Positions 63,301 to 64,000 of a stretch of 64,000 nucleotides of DNA are shown piece by piece (position 1 is the first letter of the stretch; each line of letters begins with the position of its first letter). The position numbers and the translations under genes were made by a program. The DNA is from Hormiphora californensis (taxonomy: Eukaryota; Animalia; Ctenophora). The notes beneath the pieces were generated by a model. The model made no database searches. It had not been told where the DNA came from and worked only from the letters and a program-made list of their open reading frames with translations. Location of the stretch: NCBI GenBank assembly GCA_020137815.1, contig CM035353.1, forward strand, positions 372,001 through 436,000, in the 5' to 3' direction.

Positions 63301-63650
63301 TAGGGGGTTGTAGGGGGGTACTGGGGTAGTAATAGTGGGTAGGGGGTTGTAGGGGGGTACTGGGGTAGTAATAGTGGGTAGGGGGTACTTGTGGGGGGGG
63401 GGGTATTGTGGCAATTGTAGTGTGTTAGTACTTGGATAATACTGGGGCGGGTAGTATAACTGGGGTAGTGTAGTATCTGGCAGCTCTAGTTTAACTAAAT
63501 AGTGTCGTAACAACTAACATTGTAAACGTGATCTACAGAAAGCGTTGATCGATAAAGATGTATTACTACTCATCAAATCACCACCAGTCGATGCTACCAT
63601 GACAGTCAAAAGTGCAGCAACCCTTCCACCTCCACAGGCTTTTCCGTCAG
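51304..63650 (+). CDS. SYMPK: symplekin, ~22 exons, continues beyond the window
   Basis: spliced translation matches symplekin motifs: VKLLNQA...VQELLINKDPVLLDN...VRKFVLGFIEEACKKD; EGIRTHAIKFIE; LVTQF...EDMRAR..AWLY.EY; DVRMLIPVLPGL; YTSEVLAIVLTQL; PLLYMRSVIQALSMWP; KQVWKQSQVWRGFVKC. Span includes introns. Confidence 0.96.
51732..52700 (+). CDS. intact LINE ORF1-like protein in an ORF1-only element nested in symplekin intron 2
   Basis: coiled coil then RTSNVIVHGL...RLG....RPVKLRL...YISPDRSPEEREERRKLVAELKER; followed by ~260 bp UTR and (TTA)n tail at ~52962-52983; no ORF2. Confidence 0.85.
   Translation: MSGSTASACSFKDRLRVYSDERVQRGVYGEVQGELFDLVRDLFTHAGIKDSFPKSLTAGRSVWDSLKCPSKSKIKGIKKPELEDFTEKVCRFLMERCYPLLDRLSNEVEESERKLLDSQDELIVSQRALVEAQGQLVKLQCELLGKRDKEITAVQSIAEEEIKTFSSVLKKSCDNALAPKRIRTAITSATEDRTSNVIVHGLFDDPSESSKDLEHSVCGVFDYMGECVTSVYSMTRLGRYKEGTDRPVKLRLSGREFRDLILSRKSGLKKSDRYKDLYISPDRSPEEREERRKLVAELKERKAAAPGKTFGIRGGKVVEVEV
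53732..54017 (+). repeat. 31-bp tandem array spanning a symplekin splice donor
   Basis: unit gaggttcagag|gtaaatgtgatagtgatagt, ~9 copies. Confidence 0.95.
55773..55841 (-). pseudogene. tRNA-derived sequence (SINE head or tRNA pseudogene)
   Basis: minus strand has A-box tggtgtagtgg and B-box ggttcgatcc with a T-stem, but no clean cloverleaf. Confidence 0.5.
56137..56620 (+). mobile_element. HINE/DINE-1-like Helentron derivative
   Basis: subTIR tttccctgccc/gggcagggaaa, hairpin gcattatg-aata-cataatgc, end ttcttgtt. Confidence 0.72.
56843..58209. mobile_element. TA-TSD non-autonomous DNA transposon containing an internal palindrome (57452-57761)
   Basis: TIR ccgtaa(tc/gt)tggggtaactttg, TA flanks, internal ggggtaactttg motifs. 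Confidence 0.85.
58243..58975 (+). repeat. C-rich tandem array containing five copies of a symplekin acceptor + exon start
   Basis: ccccag|agagtacacaatagaccaggggtacgtgtggaagggtctgacccct at ~58335, 58463, 58633, 58815, 58923. Confidence 0.95.
59590..59807 (+). repeat. ~52-60-bp tandem array spanning a symplekin acceptor
   Basis: four copies of ccccatttcctcag|ctactagagg... Confidence 0.92.
60596..61365 (+). repeat. 21-bp tandem array spanning a symplekin donor
   Basis: unit gttgctatg|gtaagttaggtg, ~36 copies. Confidence 0.97.
61740..62055 (+). repeat. ~60-bp tandem array spanning a symplekin acceptor
   Basis: about five copies of cccccag|gttcaggtcccattacacctgcccagct. Confidence 0.93.
62780..63405 (+). 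repeat. 39-bp G-rich intronic minisatellite
   Basis: unit ggggggtactggggtagtaatagtgggcagggggttgta, ~14 copies. Confidence 0.95.
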
Positions 63651-63676
63651 GTAATATTGTTTATTAATGTATAGTA

Positions 63677-64000
63677 CTAGCGCACCCATTGGGTGCGCCT
63701 CAAGTAAGGGGTTTTTGATAACCCACCCGGCTTCGCCGGGTGGTTCTTTTCGCCCCTTTCCACGTCAATAACACGGTTGCCATGGCAACTGAATTGATAA
63801 CTATGGGGACTGGCTTGTTGAAAGTCGTTCGAAAATATTAACAAACTCCCACTGGAAGTTCCAAAAGTGCAAATAATTCTTGTTGAGAAAAACGGGTTTT
63901 CCCCGAAAAATCGCAAATTTCGCCCCTTTCAACGTCAATAACACGGTTGCCATGGCAACTGAATTGGTAACTATGGGGACTGGCATGTTAAAAGGCATTC
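63677..64000 (-). mobile_element. possible Helitron 3' end with internal tandem repeat
   Basis: actag followed by hairpins (cccggcttcgccggg); ~170-bp duplication containing gttgccatggcaac. Confidence 0.45.

Overview
Repeat-rich animal genomic DNA (spliceosomal introns, (AG)n microsatellites, many MITEs). The repeat families are reminiscent of a ctenophore, but that is a tentative inference. Host genes: a multi-exon two-TM receptor guanylate cyclase with a probable NIT sensor domain (+, ~25.2-33.2 kb), tRNA-Pro(TGG) (-), an intronless 445-aa orphan (-), and symplekin (+, from 51304, running off the window end). Mobile DNA: a young Penelope-like element present as an inverted pair with hammerhead ribozymes, inserted into the hairpin of a Helentron-type element; a 5.1-kb Maverick/Polinton-terminated element with its own small ORFs but no polymerase or integrase; a near-intact CR1/L2-group LINE; ORF1-only or RT-deleted LINE derivatives; CRE and L2 fragments; Helitrons; and several MITE families, including a 23-bp insertion with an 8-bp TSD. 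The two most unusual signals are (i) tandem repeats repeatedly built from exon-intron junctions, giving arrays of decoy splice sites in both multi-exon genes, and (ii) the gene-bearing mini-Maverick. All coordinates were read by eye and may be off by a few bases. Family assignments come from recalled motifs, not database searches.
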